A DNA stretch of 64,000 nt from Octopus sinensis (Eukaryota): the NCBI RefSeq assembly GCF_006345805.1, contig NC_043000.1, forward strand, positions 118,048,001 through 118,112,000. The letters run 5' to 3'. The translations under genes and the position numbers were made by a program. Of this stretch, positions 52,431-64,000 are shown one piece after another. Within the stretch, counting starts at the first letter, position 1. The number at the start of each line of letters is the position of its first letter. Below the pieces are notes generated by a model. It did not search any database. It saw only the letters and a list, made by a program, of their open reading frames with translations, and had not been told where the DNA came from.

Positions 52431-52815
52431 GATATAAAACGACAAGAACAAATTGCAAGCATGCAAGTCTGTGAATAGATTTCTTATGAAAAATATAATA
52501 TAGAAATTCAACTAATGAATCAGCAAGGAAACCATTAGATGGTCAGTCAACCTTACTAAATCTCTCTTTAGTCATATCCTTCCGATTAATATGTGTGTGT
52601 GTGTGTGAGTGTGTGTGAGTGTGTGTGTGTGTGTGTGTGTGTTGTGTGTGTGTGTGTGTGTGTGTGTGTGCATTATGATTTGCATACTTATTTTTATTAC
52701 GTTCCAGTAGATGGGAACACAAATAAGCAATTCTATATTTAAGAGATGAAGAATTATGTACATTATTTACATTATTTACATTTGACGTATATTAGTCCTC
52801 TTCTTGTTTGTTGTT

Positions 52816-52861
52816 AATACAACGTTTCGGCTGATATACTCGCCAGCCTTCATAAGGTGTC
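52816..52861 (-). ncRNA. Minimal type I hammerhead motif (G5U lesion)
   Basis: GACAC-CTTATGA-AGGCTG-GCGAGTATAT-CAGCC-GAAAC-GTT-GTATT. Confidence 0.55.
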
Positions 52862-53136
52862 TTGGGGAAAATTTCGAACCCGGGTTCTCATTCCTGAGGT
52901 ATTTTTCGATATTATTATTATTATTATTATTATTATTATCATTATTCAAGTCACTGCCTGGAATCGAACTCGGAATCTTGGGGTTAGTAGCCCGCGCTCT
53001 TAACCACTACGCCATATGCCCATGGGCATATGGCGTAGGGGTTATTAATAATAATAATGATAATAATAATAATAATAATAATAATAACATCACAAAATAC
53101 CTTAGGAATAAGAACCCAGGTTCGAAATTTCTCCAT

Positions 53137-53182
53137 GACACCTGATGAAGGCTGGAGGGTATATTAGCCGAAACGTTGTCTT
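53137..53182 (+). ncRNA. Minimal type I hammerhead motif with intact catalytic core
   Basis: GACAC-CTGATGA-A-GGCTG-GAGGGTATAT-TAGCC-GAAAC-GTT-GTCTT. Stem II is 5 bp and stem III is the palindromic AACGTT. Stem I has one mismatch. Confidence 0.65.
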
Positions 53183-53294
53183 AACAACAAAGAAGATGAG
53201 GACAAATGTAAATAATGTACAAATAAGCAAGTCGCTGATGTACACGACACAGGAGGACAACTCCTGACTAACATTAAGTTTTAATGAAGATCAT

Positions 53295-53467
53295 GATTCC
53301 GGGTTCCGTCCCACTGCGTGGATCCTTTGCAAGTGTCTTCTGCTATAGCCTCAAGCTGATCAAAGCCTTGTGAGTGTATTTGGTAGACGGAAACTGAAAG
53401 TAGACCGTCGTAAATATATGTATATGTGTGTGTGTGTGTATGTGTGTGTGTGTGTGTGTATGTGTGT

Positions 53468-53505
<38 letters not shown>

Positions 53506-53685
53506 TTGTCCCCTCAACATCACATGACAACCGATGCTGGTGTGTTTACGAGCCCGTAACTTAGCGGTTCAGCAAAAGACACCGATAGAATAAATACTAG
53601 GCTTACAAAGAATAAGTCCTGGGGTCGATTTGTTCGACTAAAGGCTGTGCTCCAGCATGGCCGCAGTCAAATGACTGAAACAAAT
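53295..53685 (+). mobile_element. SINE family A, 5'-truncated
   Basis: CORE-like segment, (TG)n and tail. Confidence 0.88.
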
Positions 53686-54244
53686 AGAAGAACAACAGAA
53701 TAAAGTCATGGGAAACGGTCGATCAAACATGTAAAGAATTAAGAAAGGAAAAAGTCCGTCAAGGAAATGTTTTGCGAACAATTGCATAAACCTATTCTGA
53801 TCAAGAGGCCTATCTGTCGGGAAGGCATAGTGTGACAGTGAATAAACAAAAATGTATATAAGACATTCTATTGTAAAAACTGCCCGACAACGACGGGCTA
53901 TTCGTGTATGGAAGAAAAAGAAAGACATTATATATAGTGTTGTTTTTCTTCTTCTTCCAATCAGGACTCACGCCTTTAGCCACAAAGAATAATCTCTAAT
54001 TCGAGCCTACTCTAAGCTACTAAGAATGCGTGTGGTAACTTGAAGAGCCACCCACCACAAGCGATAGACTAGCGGTTGCACAGGCGCGAAAGCTACGTTG
54101 TTATCCTCATTCCGTAAACGGTGGCTTTAAACGGGTGGAGAGCTGAACCATCCTTGGGTACAGAGGATTCGCAATCTAGACTAGGGTCTGAAAGTTTACC
54201 ACACCATAGTGGGTTACACCATGGTTCCTCTGATTTTTGGCAGA

Positions 54245-54422
54245 AGTAGGAAAAAAAGAGTGAGAGAAAGTTGTGGTAAAAGAGTACAGCGGGGTTCACC
54301 ACCCCTCCCCGCCAGAGTCTCGTGGAGCTTAGGTGTTTTTGCTCAATAAACACTCACAATACTCGGTCTGGGAATCGAAACCGCGTTCTTACGACCGCAA
54401 GTCCGCTGCCATTGCACCTCCA
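54245..54422 (-). mobile_element. SINE family C head and body
   Basis: Reverse complement of the family C 5' half. The downstream sequence differs from the usual tail. Confidence 0.75.
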
Positions 54423-54656
54423 CTAGTGTTGTTGTTACAGGGAGTTGGTAAAGTTTTAATAAATCTTAATATGGTGATTTGAAAGCAAATATAAAAACAC
54501 TTTACCTTTCACTTGTCAGCTTAACATCTGTTATTGGACATATTATAAAAGTTTTGACTGAGCAGGCGATAGTTAATTTACTAGAGCGGATGTGTTAAGT
54601 GACAGGTAAAGATAAAAGAACAAAGCTTTAAAATCCGCTCTTCCCTTCAGTAAACA

Positions 54657-54733
<77 letters not shown>

Positions 54734-54830
54734 TCTGTCCCTGTCTCTCTTTCTCTCTCTGTATCTCTCACATTCCCTGCCTCTCTCTCTCGCTCTCTCT
54801 CTCCCTCTCTCTTTCTGTCTCTTCTTCACT
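54657..54830. repeat. (CT)n microsatellite
   Basis: Direct inspection. Confidence 0.95.
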
Positions 54831-55231
54831 CATATCAGCCACGACATTTCCCTCAACGGGCTATTCATGTATGGAAGAAAATGAGAGACATTATCTATAG
54901 TGTTATTATTTCGGTTCCCCGTCTCTCTGTCTCTTCCCCTTCTCTGATATCAGCCAACCCTCATTATACCACCACATTTCCCTCGACGGACTCTCAACCA
55001 GACACTTTTTTCACTCTTCTCATTTTATCATATAATAGTCCAACCCCTGTAGGGGACCCCCATTTTATCATATAATAGTCCAGCCCCTGTAGGGGACTCA
55101 TTATCGACTTTTATTGAAATCAGCCTATAATTGAATTGGATGTTAGTTCAACATGTATGCACATTTTGGTGAAGACTGGTTCGCTAATATAGGCACCAAG
55201 ATGGTAACAGACAGACAGAAATTGCCATTTA

Positions 55232-55802
55232 TACGAGGGTGAGTCTAAAAGTAACGCCATTTTGTTTAGGATAGGTATAATTACCAACACAGGAACATGT
55301 ATCATACATTAAAATGAAGCTGGTCCTCTGTGGGATCACATCCCTACTTCTCAACATAGTCACCGTTTCTCTCAATAGCAATGTTCCACCTTCGAATGAG
55401 AGCATGTATCCCTGCCCCGTAAAATTCTGTTGACTGTTCTTTGAGCCACTTCTTCACTACAGTTTTCACTTCCTCGTCACTGGAATAATGCTTGCCTCTC
55501 AAACCCTTTTTCATGGGGCCGAAGAGATGATAGTCTAGTGACGATAATAGTCCAGTGACAAGGAAGTGAAAACTGTAGTGAAGAAATGTCTCAAAGAACA
55601 GTCAACAGAATTTTACGGTGTAGTGATACATGCTTTCATTCGAAGGTGGAACATTGCTATTGAGAGAAAGGGTGACTATGTTGAGAAGTAGGGATGTGAT
55701 CCACAGAGGACCAGCTTCATTTTGACGTATGATACTTGTTCCTGTGTTGGTAATTATACCTGTCCTAAACAAAATGGCATTACTTTTTGACTCACCCTCG
55801 TA
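55232..55802. mobile_element. Mariner derivative built from two 3' ends (~252-bp inverted arms)
   Basis: TA-CGAGGGTGAGTC TIRs at both ends. Arms 55232-55484 and 55551-55802 are ~94% complementary by eye. Minus strand encodes DYHLFGPMKKGLRGKHYSSDEEVKTVVKKWLKEQSTEFY...RRWNIAIERNGDYVEK*. Confidence 0.92.
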
Positions 55803-55896
55803 TATATCGTGCAAGATACACGCTATTTGGTTTTTCTTTCTTCTTTTTGAAAAGCGGTTTTTGAAACATTCATCTCGTTTATATATACACGCAAGT

Positions 55897-55930
<34 letters not shown>

Positions 55931-55955
55931 GGAGTGGTGTTGAATGTGAATATAT

Positions 55956-56369
55956 ATTTCTTTACTACCCACAAGGAGCTAAACACAGAGAGGACAAACA
56001 AGGACAGACAAATGGATTAAGTCGATTACATCGACCCCAGTGCGTAACTGGTACTTATTTAACTGACTCCGAAAGGATGAAAGGCAAAGTCGACCTCGGC
56101 GAAATTTGAACTCACAACGAAATGGCAGACGAAATTCCTATTTCTTTACTACCCACAAGGGGCTAAACATAGAGGGGACAAACAAGGACAGACAAACGGA
56201 TTAAGTCGATTACATCGACCCCAGTGCGTAACTGGTACTTATTTAATAGACCCCGAAAGGATGAAAGGCAAAGTCGACCTCGGCGGAATTTGAACTCACA
56301 ACGTAGCGGCAGACGAAATACTGCTGAGCATTTCGCCTGGCGTGCTAACGATTCTGCCAGCTCGCCGCC
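55956..56369 (-). mobile_element. SINE family B dimer
   Basis: One head and two body units, with the same junction as at 27680 and 29955. Confidence 0.9.
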
Positions 56370-57109
56370 GATCTGGATGTGAATATATGTGTCTGTGCGA
56401 TTGTACGATTCTATGATTTACAATGCTTTTTTGCTCCTCACTTCACTACAAGGAGGAGAATATGGCGACAAATAGAGCAGGAGTGAGTGGCAGGCAGAGA
56501 CGCTTAAATATAGGCGAAAGAGAGCGAGACTTCGAGCGAGGTTTTTAAATGCCTAGAGTAACAGGTGTTTTTATAAAAAAAAATGAAACAGCAATATTTT
56601 GTGGTAAATTTCTTCAGAAATATATTTTCACTTACTTTCCATAATTTATACTCAAAAGTAGAAAGCGACGAAAATTGGAAAGCAAATACGCTATGTGTTG
56701 ATTTTAAATTATGGAAGTTAATACATATATATGAGCAAAAACAGACACATACGAACACACACACATACTCGCACATATACACATGCACCTATACATACAT
56801 AAAAACACAACTACAGAAGCGGAATAACTTATAGTCCTCGTTGAATCTTTTATACGACTGCTGACAAGATTGTGTTTAACTAGGAAGGCGTCAAAATCTG
56901 AGTCACTGAGAGCCACACAATAAAATTAGGATTTGCAGTAAGAATTTTGAAATTAGACGAAGTGGGGTATATCACGTGACGAAATGGACAGAATGGCCGA
57001 CAGTCGATAAATCTCAAACAAAAAACACAATGCTAGTCCTTTTAGAAGAATTACTTTCAAACAAAAGAAACAAAAATAGTTTATGTACTTTCGTACATAT
57101 ATGTGTGTG

Positions 57110-57147
57110 TGTTCGTGTGTGCGTGTATATGTGTGTGTATATTTATG

Positions 57148-57189
<42 letters not shown>

Positions 57190-57390
57190 TATATATACAA
57201 ATATGTGTGTATATATACATATATTTATATATCTAGATATATATATATTTATATCATGTAGCTGCATGTATATATATGTATATATATGTACACACACACA
57301 CACCACACACACACATATATATATATATATATTATATATATACATACATATATAATTATATATATATACATCATATATATTATAATATAT

Positions 57391-57436
<46 letters not shown>

Positions 57437-57480
57437 CATACATATATATATATTATATATATATATATATATATACATAC

Positions 57481-57511
<31 letters not shown>

Positions 57512-57514
57512 TAT

Positions 57515-57587
<73 letters not shown>

Positions 57588-57620
57588 CATATGTATGTGT
57601 ATATGTTGTGTGTATATATA
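57110..57620. repeat. (TA)n compound microsatellite
   Basis: Direct inspection. Confidence 0.95.
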
Positions 57621-57956
57621 AGTGTGCGCGCGCGAGTGTGTGTGATAATTTGATGATAATATTTTTAAAAGAAAGATTTCACACGGTTTGATTTAGAAAT
57701 TATCTTCGAAAATGTTCGTTCTGCGACCATGTGATTTTGGATTCAATCTCACTGGCAGGTGCCTTGGCAAGTGCCTTCTACTGTAGCTCTGAGCTGACCA
57801 ATGCCTCGTGAGTAAATCTGTTTAATGAAAACTGTCTGGAAGCTTGTTATTTATGTGGGTGCGTGTATGTATACATATACATATATGCACGCGCACACAT
57901 ACACACACATACATGTATCTATCTATCTATCTATATATATATATATATATAGATAT

Positions 57957-58362
57957 TACTCTTTTACTTGTTTCAGTCATGTGACTGTGGCCATGCTGGA
58001 GCACCGCCTTTTAGTCGAGCAAATCGACCCCAGGACTTATTCTTTGTAAGCCTGGTACTTATTCTATCGGTCTCTTTTGTCGAACCGCTAAGCTACGGGG
58101 AAGTAAATACACCAGCGTCGGTTGTCAAGCGATGTTGCGCGGACAAACACAGACACAAAAACATACACACACATACATATATATATACATATATACGATG
58201 AACTTCTTTCAGTTTCTGTCTACCAAATCCACTCACAAGGCTTCGATCGGCCCGAGGCTATAGTAGAAGACAGTTGCCCTAGGTACCACACAGTGGGACT
58301 GAACCCGGAACCATGCGGTTCGTAAGCAAGCTACTTACTACACAGCCACACAGCCACTCCCA
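57957..58362 (-). mobile_element. SINE family A, near full length
   Basis: All modules present. Confidence 0.92.
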
Positions 58363-60159
58363 TACATATACACACATATATATATATGTGTGTGTGGGTG
58401 TAAATGGGTGTGTGCTTATGTATGTCTCTTCTACACTTCACAGCCTGTGTTCGATTGTTTATATATCCTCGCAACGGCTCTATTAGATTTACTAAGATTT
58501 ACTAGTTAAATATTACCAAAAAAAAGAATAACTTGTTAAAGGGCCAAAAATTATTTTCAGCGTTTTTCAGAAACTGCACTTTGTTTCGTTCTTACGATCA
58601 AATCAAACGAATGCTAAAGAACTTTTTTTTTACTTTTTTATTTTTTAAGAAATCCATTCTACATATCCCATATATTAAGTAAAACGTACCTTGTGCATTA
58701 AAAGAGTAAGCTAATGCACATTTAATTTAATAAATAAATAAATGTTTCAAAGTAATAATCGTAATTATATTTATATTATAAAGTATTATTTAATAATCAC
58801 TTAATGAAATATGACTATGTTTGAGGAAAACAAATATTAAAAATTTAAGATTATAATGCTTATAAATGAATGCAAAATATTATTAGTAAATTCGGGCTGG
58901 GAAAAGAGAGACCAACGGACAAAATTCTATGTGAAATATTGAGACATTAGGACTACTCAAAGATCAAGAGATTAAAGAACCCGTATATTAAAAAAATATA
59001 AGTATGTAGAGTTAAAGAGGAATGTAACTGTAATGGTTTCTAGTAAGTAATAGATTATTAAATAATAAATTAAATAAATTAGCTGTTTAATAATCAAAAG
59101 ATTAAAAAAATTAATAATTTAAAGATTAAATGATTGAAAGCAGAAAAAATAAAATATGAAAAAATAGATAGAAATACATAGTACGGAATAAGGAAGTGTA
59201 ATCTACGTGAGGGGCCTAAGATTAAAATTAAATATAATAATGGTTTCAAAATTAACCACAAGGGCAGCAATTTTTTTCAACTAGTACATATTTTATCGAT
59301 CTTGGAAACGTGAAAGGCAAAGTCGAACTTGGAGGAATTTGGACTCAGAGCGTAGTGGTAGGTGAAATGTCGATAAGTGTTTTGCCCAGTGTGCTAACGA
59401 TTCTGTCAGCACACCGCCTTAAAAAAAATAATATATAATAAAATATGGAATTAAGAGTTGGAATTAAGAGAGTTGGAGATAATGAAAAAGAGAAAGTGAA
59501 TATATTAAAGAAGAGAAATATGAAATGGTGGCGGGTAATTTTATAAAATTTATAAAATTATCTCATTTGAGATATTATTACTCATTGGTAGACACAGAGA
59601 TGGAATCAGTCATAATAAATGAATAGAGTCGGTCAGGATTAAACTGGACCTTATTATAAATTATGAAGCCTAAAATTCATATGAAAGGCAGTTGCAAATG
59701 CGGGGTTAAGTAAACGTTAAATAGTAACTAGTTTAATCAGTCCCTGTATACAAAACTAAAGCATTATGAACACGTATTTCCAGAAAAGCTTTGGGATATA
59801 AAAAATGATGGAGAAACCAGGTAAGAATATTTCGGAACCCAACAAGCAAAGGTAGTGGGGTTACTGTAGTAAAGTAAGAAGATAAATTAACTACGTTATA
59901 TATGATTTATGTTTACAAAATTCAGGCTTTCTTGTTGTTAATTCTGAAAAAGATGCTTCATTTAAGTATGTAGTTAATATTTCTATTCTTCCAAAAGTGT
60001 TTGGAAAGAGTGGTATGGTTATGGTTATTTCATAGTAATTTGAAATGTGTAGAATTTAAGTCTTAACATGTTTACAGTGAATTGCTATAGTGCATTTATA
60101 ATTAATATCGTTATCGCATTTTGGACTCTAAGTGTATATGCCATAGTTAACACAATTTT

Positions 60160-60520
60160 AATGAGTGTTAGAGTTAAAATTAAGGTTGTAGTTATGGTTA
60201 GCGCAGAGTTTTCAACCGAGCCTATGTTAGAGGAAACTAGATATGTTTAAAACTATGAGTTTTGGGCTAAGAAGTTCTGATTGTATTTTTATATCAGAAA
60301 ATAAATTCTACAAAAGCAGAAATATCATACTTTACTGATCGGTTTGGGTTTAGGCTTCAGGGTTACGGTTTAAAGTCAGCGTTTAGTGTTAGGGTTTAGG
60401 ATTTTACGGTTTGGCATTAGATTTAAATTTTAGGTTTTAGAGATTAGGCTTAGGATTTCTGGTTTCAAGATATAACTTATAATTTAGGATAAGGGTTATG
60501 ATTACGATTTACGGCTGCAT
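60160..60520 (+). repeat. Degenerate TTAGGG-like hexamer array
   Basis: Runs of gttagg, tttagg, attagg, ttacgg and ttcagg with roughly 6-nt periodicity. Confidence 0.5.
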
Positions 60521-61013
60521 TACGATAAAGTTGATAAAATTTCATAAGCTTTTAAATATTACGTTTAAAGAGTAATTTTATTTCAAATGAGAGCTATCCG
60601 TTATTTAATAACGCTGAATGTTTTAAACATTCGTTTTCTTAAATACCCCACTTTTTAAAAGCGCTACAATTATGAAAATTCCGTCACTCTTTGGTAAAAT
60701 TAAAGTGTCTTGCTCTCTCATCTTCTTCAGGACTTCATTCTCTCGCAAATTTTTAAATAATGCATACATTTGCATGCACAAAGGAACCAGTAAATATTTT
60801 CGCCCCATTTTAAGCTCTTTCTGTTTCGTTGTCTAATATCCGAGATACACCTCAGATTTACTGAAGGACTTAGATTAATATTTACTATTAGTAAATATTA
60901 ACTATTAGTAATCAAATTATTTCACTTAAAATTTCAATACAACCAATTGGAAGATATTTTTTAAAATTTCCTCTTTCTCACTCCATTCTCATTTTTTTTT
61001 TTTTTCTGAACAG

Positions 61014-61201
61014 GTCCATACTCAATATTAAACACAGACCAGCACTCAGCAAATCAACCAAAGCGAAAACGATCATGGTCCCGTGCAGTATTTTCAAATT
61101 TACAACGAAAAGGACTTGAAAAACGGTTTGAAGTTCAGAAATATGTAACGAAACCAGACAGACGACAGCTGGCAGCAATGCTAGGCCTTACTGATGCACA
61201 G
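61014..61201 (+). CDS. Hlx: Hlx (H2.0-like homeobox) coding exon with homeodomain residues 1-44
   Basis: Acceptor ttttttttttctgaacAG| and donor CAG|GTAATT. Translates (G)[62 protein letters not shown], nearly identical to the HLX homeodomain as I recall it ([47 protein letters not shown]). The intron falls at the classic Q44/V45 position. 188 bp, phase 1 in, phase 0 out. Confidence 0.97.
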
Positions 61202-61579
61202 GTAATTAATTATATTAATTGGTGATCACTTAATTATTGAACCACATTCGGATTTATAATGAATATTAATTATACTAATTTTACTTCAATTTTTAAATCC
61301 TTACACAGCTTTTTTTGCTATAAATTACTTTGTATTGACATTGCAAAAATTGCCATTGAGAAGTCCTAAGATTAGAGTTATGACTGAGAATAAAGGAAAT
61401 ACGAAGAAATAATAGCATAATGTGTTTCCACACCTGCTGTCTGAGAGGAGCGATTTTTCTTCAGGATAATTCCACAGCGATAGGTCTTCCTTGGTTCGAG
61501 TGCACGCGAATTTGTTTAATATCATTTTGAATGTATATATTCTATTCAACATTGCTTCGTGCGACACTAACATATGCGA

Positions 61580-61620
<41 letters not shown>

Positions 61621-61683
61621 GTCGGTGCTGCAGCATGGCCACAGTTAAATGACTGAAACAGGTAAGAAATAGGTATATATATA

Positions 61684-61725
<42 letters not shown>

Positions 61726-62644
61726 TATATATATAATATATATACGTATCTTTGTTTGATATATATATATTTTTACAACGGAGAGAAAATGTATATTATA
61801 TATGTTGCCCCAGGTAGGATGTATGTCAGTTGAACCAGCAGCCTGCAACTTTGCAGTTTCTTGTATGTGTTTTCGGTCTCTTAGACAGGATAAGATCTGG
61901 AGTCCATGGAAGAAACTCCCACCGTATTATCGTCTTCTCTTCAGCGGAACCGAATACTCGTAGGGTTAACTCCAGTGTGACAAGCTACAAGATCAGCAGA
62001 AATATACGTGTGTATGTGTGACTTTGTGTTTGTGAGTGTTTGTATTAGTTCGTGCGAGAATATTTATGCCTATGTATATGAGTCCGTTTGTTCGTGAAGG
62101 TTTCAGATTTTCTTTGTTTATGTTTTTGTTGCTGCCAAATCACACTATTCAATTTTTCTTCTTTATGTGTTTCATTGCTGTTACTGGAACCTTCTATAAA
62201 AGTATTTCTAGCTCCAGCGTATTTAAAGTCTCACCATAGAAATAACCACCCATAAATAGTGGACGTTGTATGTACGTGTATCATGATTGCTTTTAGTTAT
62301 TGTGTGTTGTTTGTAACTAGATAAACGGTAATAATGGTAGAGTTTTAGTTTGATCTCAAAGGATTGTTCTCTGTTTCGAAAGATATTATGTGCTGTGAGC
62401 AAATGAAAGATTAGATGTTTAGTTTCCATGCGGGCTTTCAGTACAGTGTTGCCGGCTGTCTCCAGAGGGTTCATATTGATATCTGTATTATGTTCTGAGA
62501 AGTGAATTTATTGCTGTACCGGTTTGATTTGTTGCAACAGCGTACCTCATAGTATGTGTGTATGTGTGTGTGTATGTCTAAATATATATGCGTGTGGTGT
62601 GTGTGAGTATGTGTGTATGTGTATATATATATATATATATATAG

Positions 62645-62676
<32 letters not shown>

Positions 62677-62678
62677 TA

Positions 62679-62722
<44 letters not shown>

Positions 62723-62729
62723 TATCAAA

Positions 62730-63172
62730 TGAGTGGCTGAGTGGTAAGCAGGCGTGTAAGCAGACGTAGGAGTGACTGTATGGTGAGTAGCTTGCTTACA
62801 AACCACATGATTCCGGGTTCAGTCCCACTGCATGGCACCTTGGGCAAGTGTCATCTACTATGGCCTCGGGCCAACCAAAGCCTTGTGAGTGGATTTTGTA
62901 GACGGAAACTGACCTAAAGAAGCCCGACGTATATATATGTATATATATGTGTGTGTATATGTTTGTGTGTCTGTGTTTGTCCCCCATAACATCACTTGAC
63001 AACCGATGCTGGTGTGTTTACCTCACCGTAACTTAGCGGTTCGGTAAAAGAGACCGATAGAATAAGTACTAGGCTTACAAAAAATAAGTCCTGGGGTCGA
63101 TTTGCTCGACTAAAGGCGGTGCTCCAGCGTGGCCACAGTCAAATGCCTGAAACAAGTAAAAGAGTAAAAGAG
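62730..63172 (+). mobile_element. SINE family A
   Basis: All modules present, with a partly duplicated head. Confidence 0.9.
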
Positions 63173-63511
63173 CGAGTCCAGTTTCCATGGCGGTGGTTTG
63201 GCGGGATTATCAGGACACCGGACAATATGCTTTGCGATATCTGTTCCGGTCGATTGCATTTTATGTCTCAAGGCTGTCGGTATACTTTGTTACCCGGTTT
63301 AACATCGCTATTTGTTGCGAAGCATTTGAAATATAATGATAGCCTCCATTTTCCTTCCTCACGCAAGTTACCTCGAGATCTGTCCTGAGAAATAACGAGT
63401 CATAGCAGCTGACCTTCCCTCCTCGACTAATTCGTAAGCAAAGCTTGATGCTCAGCTAAGAAGAATCGCGAGACTACACATTTATGTAGGAACGTATTTG
63501 TGTCTGTATAC

Positions 63512-63975
<464 letters not shown>

Positions 63976-64000
63976 TATATATATATATATATATATATAT

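Larger units (their letters stand above)
52731..53218. mobile_element. Head-to-head fold-back dimer of a tRNA-headed, hammerhead-bearing SINE (family H)
   Basis: Minus copy 53025-52731 has A box TGGCGTAGTGG, B box GAGTTCGATTCC, (AAT)n and a hammerhead. The plus copy starts at the same palindrome. A 32-bp perfect palindrome spans 53007-53038. The flanking direct repeat ACAAATAAGCAA lies at 52719-52730 and 53219-53230. Confidence 0.85.
42576..61013 (+). other. Hlx: Hlx intron (18,438 bp, GT-AG, phase 1)
   Basis: Inferred from joining the two exons in frame. Filled with SINEs, MITEs, microsatellites and one N gap. Confidence 0.72.

Noticed and set aside
55020-55100. 39-bp tandem duplication with CCCCTGTAGGGG hairpins as a terminator or regulatory array
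   Set aside because: There are only two copies and no supporting context. It is most simply a local slippage duplication.
61860-61950. gttttcg...tcttcag as a minus-strand hammerhead, or this region as the final Hlx exon
   Set aside because: Stem II does not pair, and no frame encodes VKVWFQNRR.

Overview
This is repeat-dense animal genomic DNA. The SINE families and microsatellite load point to an octopod cephalopod (Octopus sp.), which is an inference. The window holds one protein-coding gene on the + strand, an Hlx/H2.0-like homeobox gene, of which two exons are visible: 42294-42575 (His-rich, phase 1-1) and 61014-61201 (homeodomain residues 1-44). They are separated by an 18.4-kb intron. 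The first exon and the helix-3/C-terminal exon were not found in the window. The rest is tRNA-derived SINEs (three main families, labelled A, B and C here), LINE remnants (CR1/L2, RTE, RLE-type), mariner/Tc1/pogo/hAT/piggyBac-type MITEs, non-autonomous Helitrons, microsatellites, a ~2-kb tandem duplication and a 100-N scaffold gap. The most notable unexplained signal is a set of minimal type I hammerhead ribozyme motifs in at least four unrelated repeat families. One is a tRNA-headed (Pol III-like) SINE carrying a hammerhead, inserted as a head-to-head fold-back dimer with a target-site duplication. Another is a ~363-bp retrozyme-like unit with 67-bp terminal redundancy. Several elements have copy-specific fold-back ends that form long hairpins inside the Hlx transcription unit. 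All calls were made by eye, with no database search or folding software. Nearly all ORFs in the supplied track are microsatellite artefacts, and the track missed the homeobox exon.
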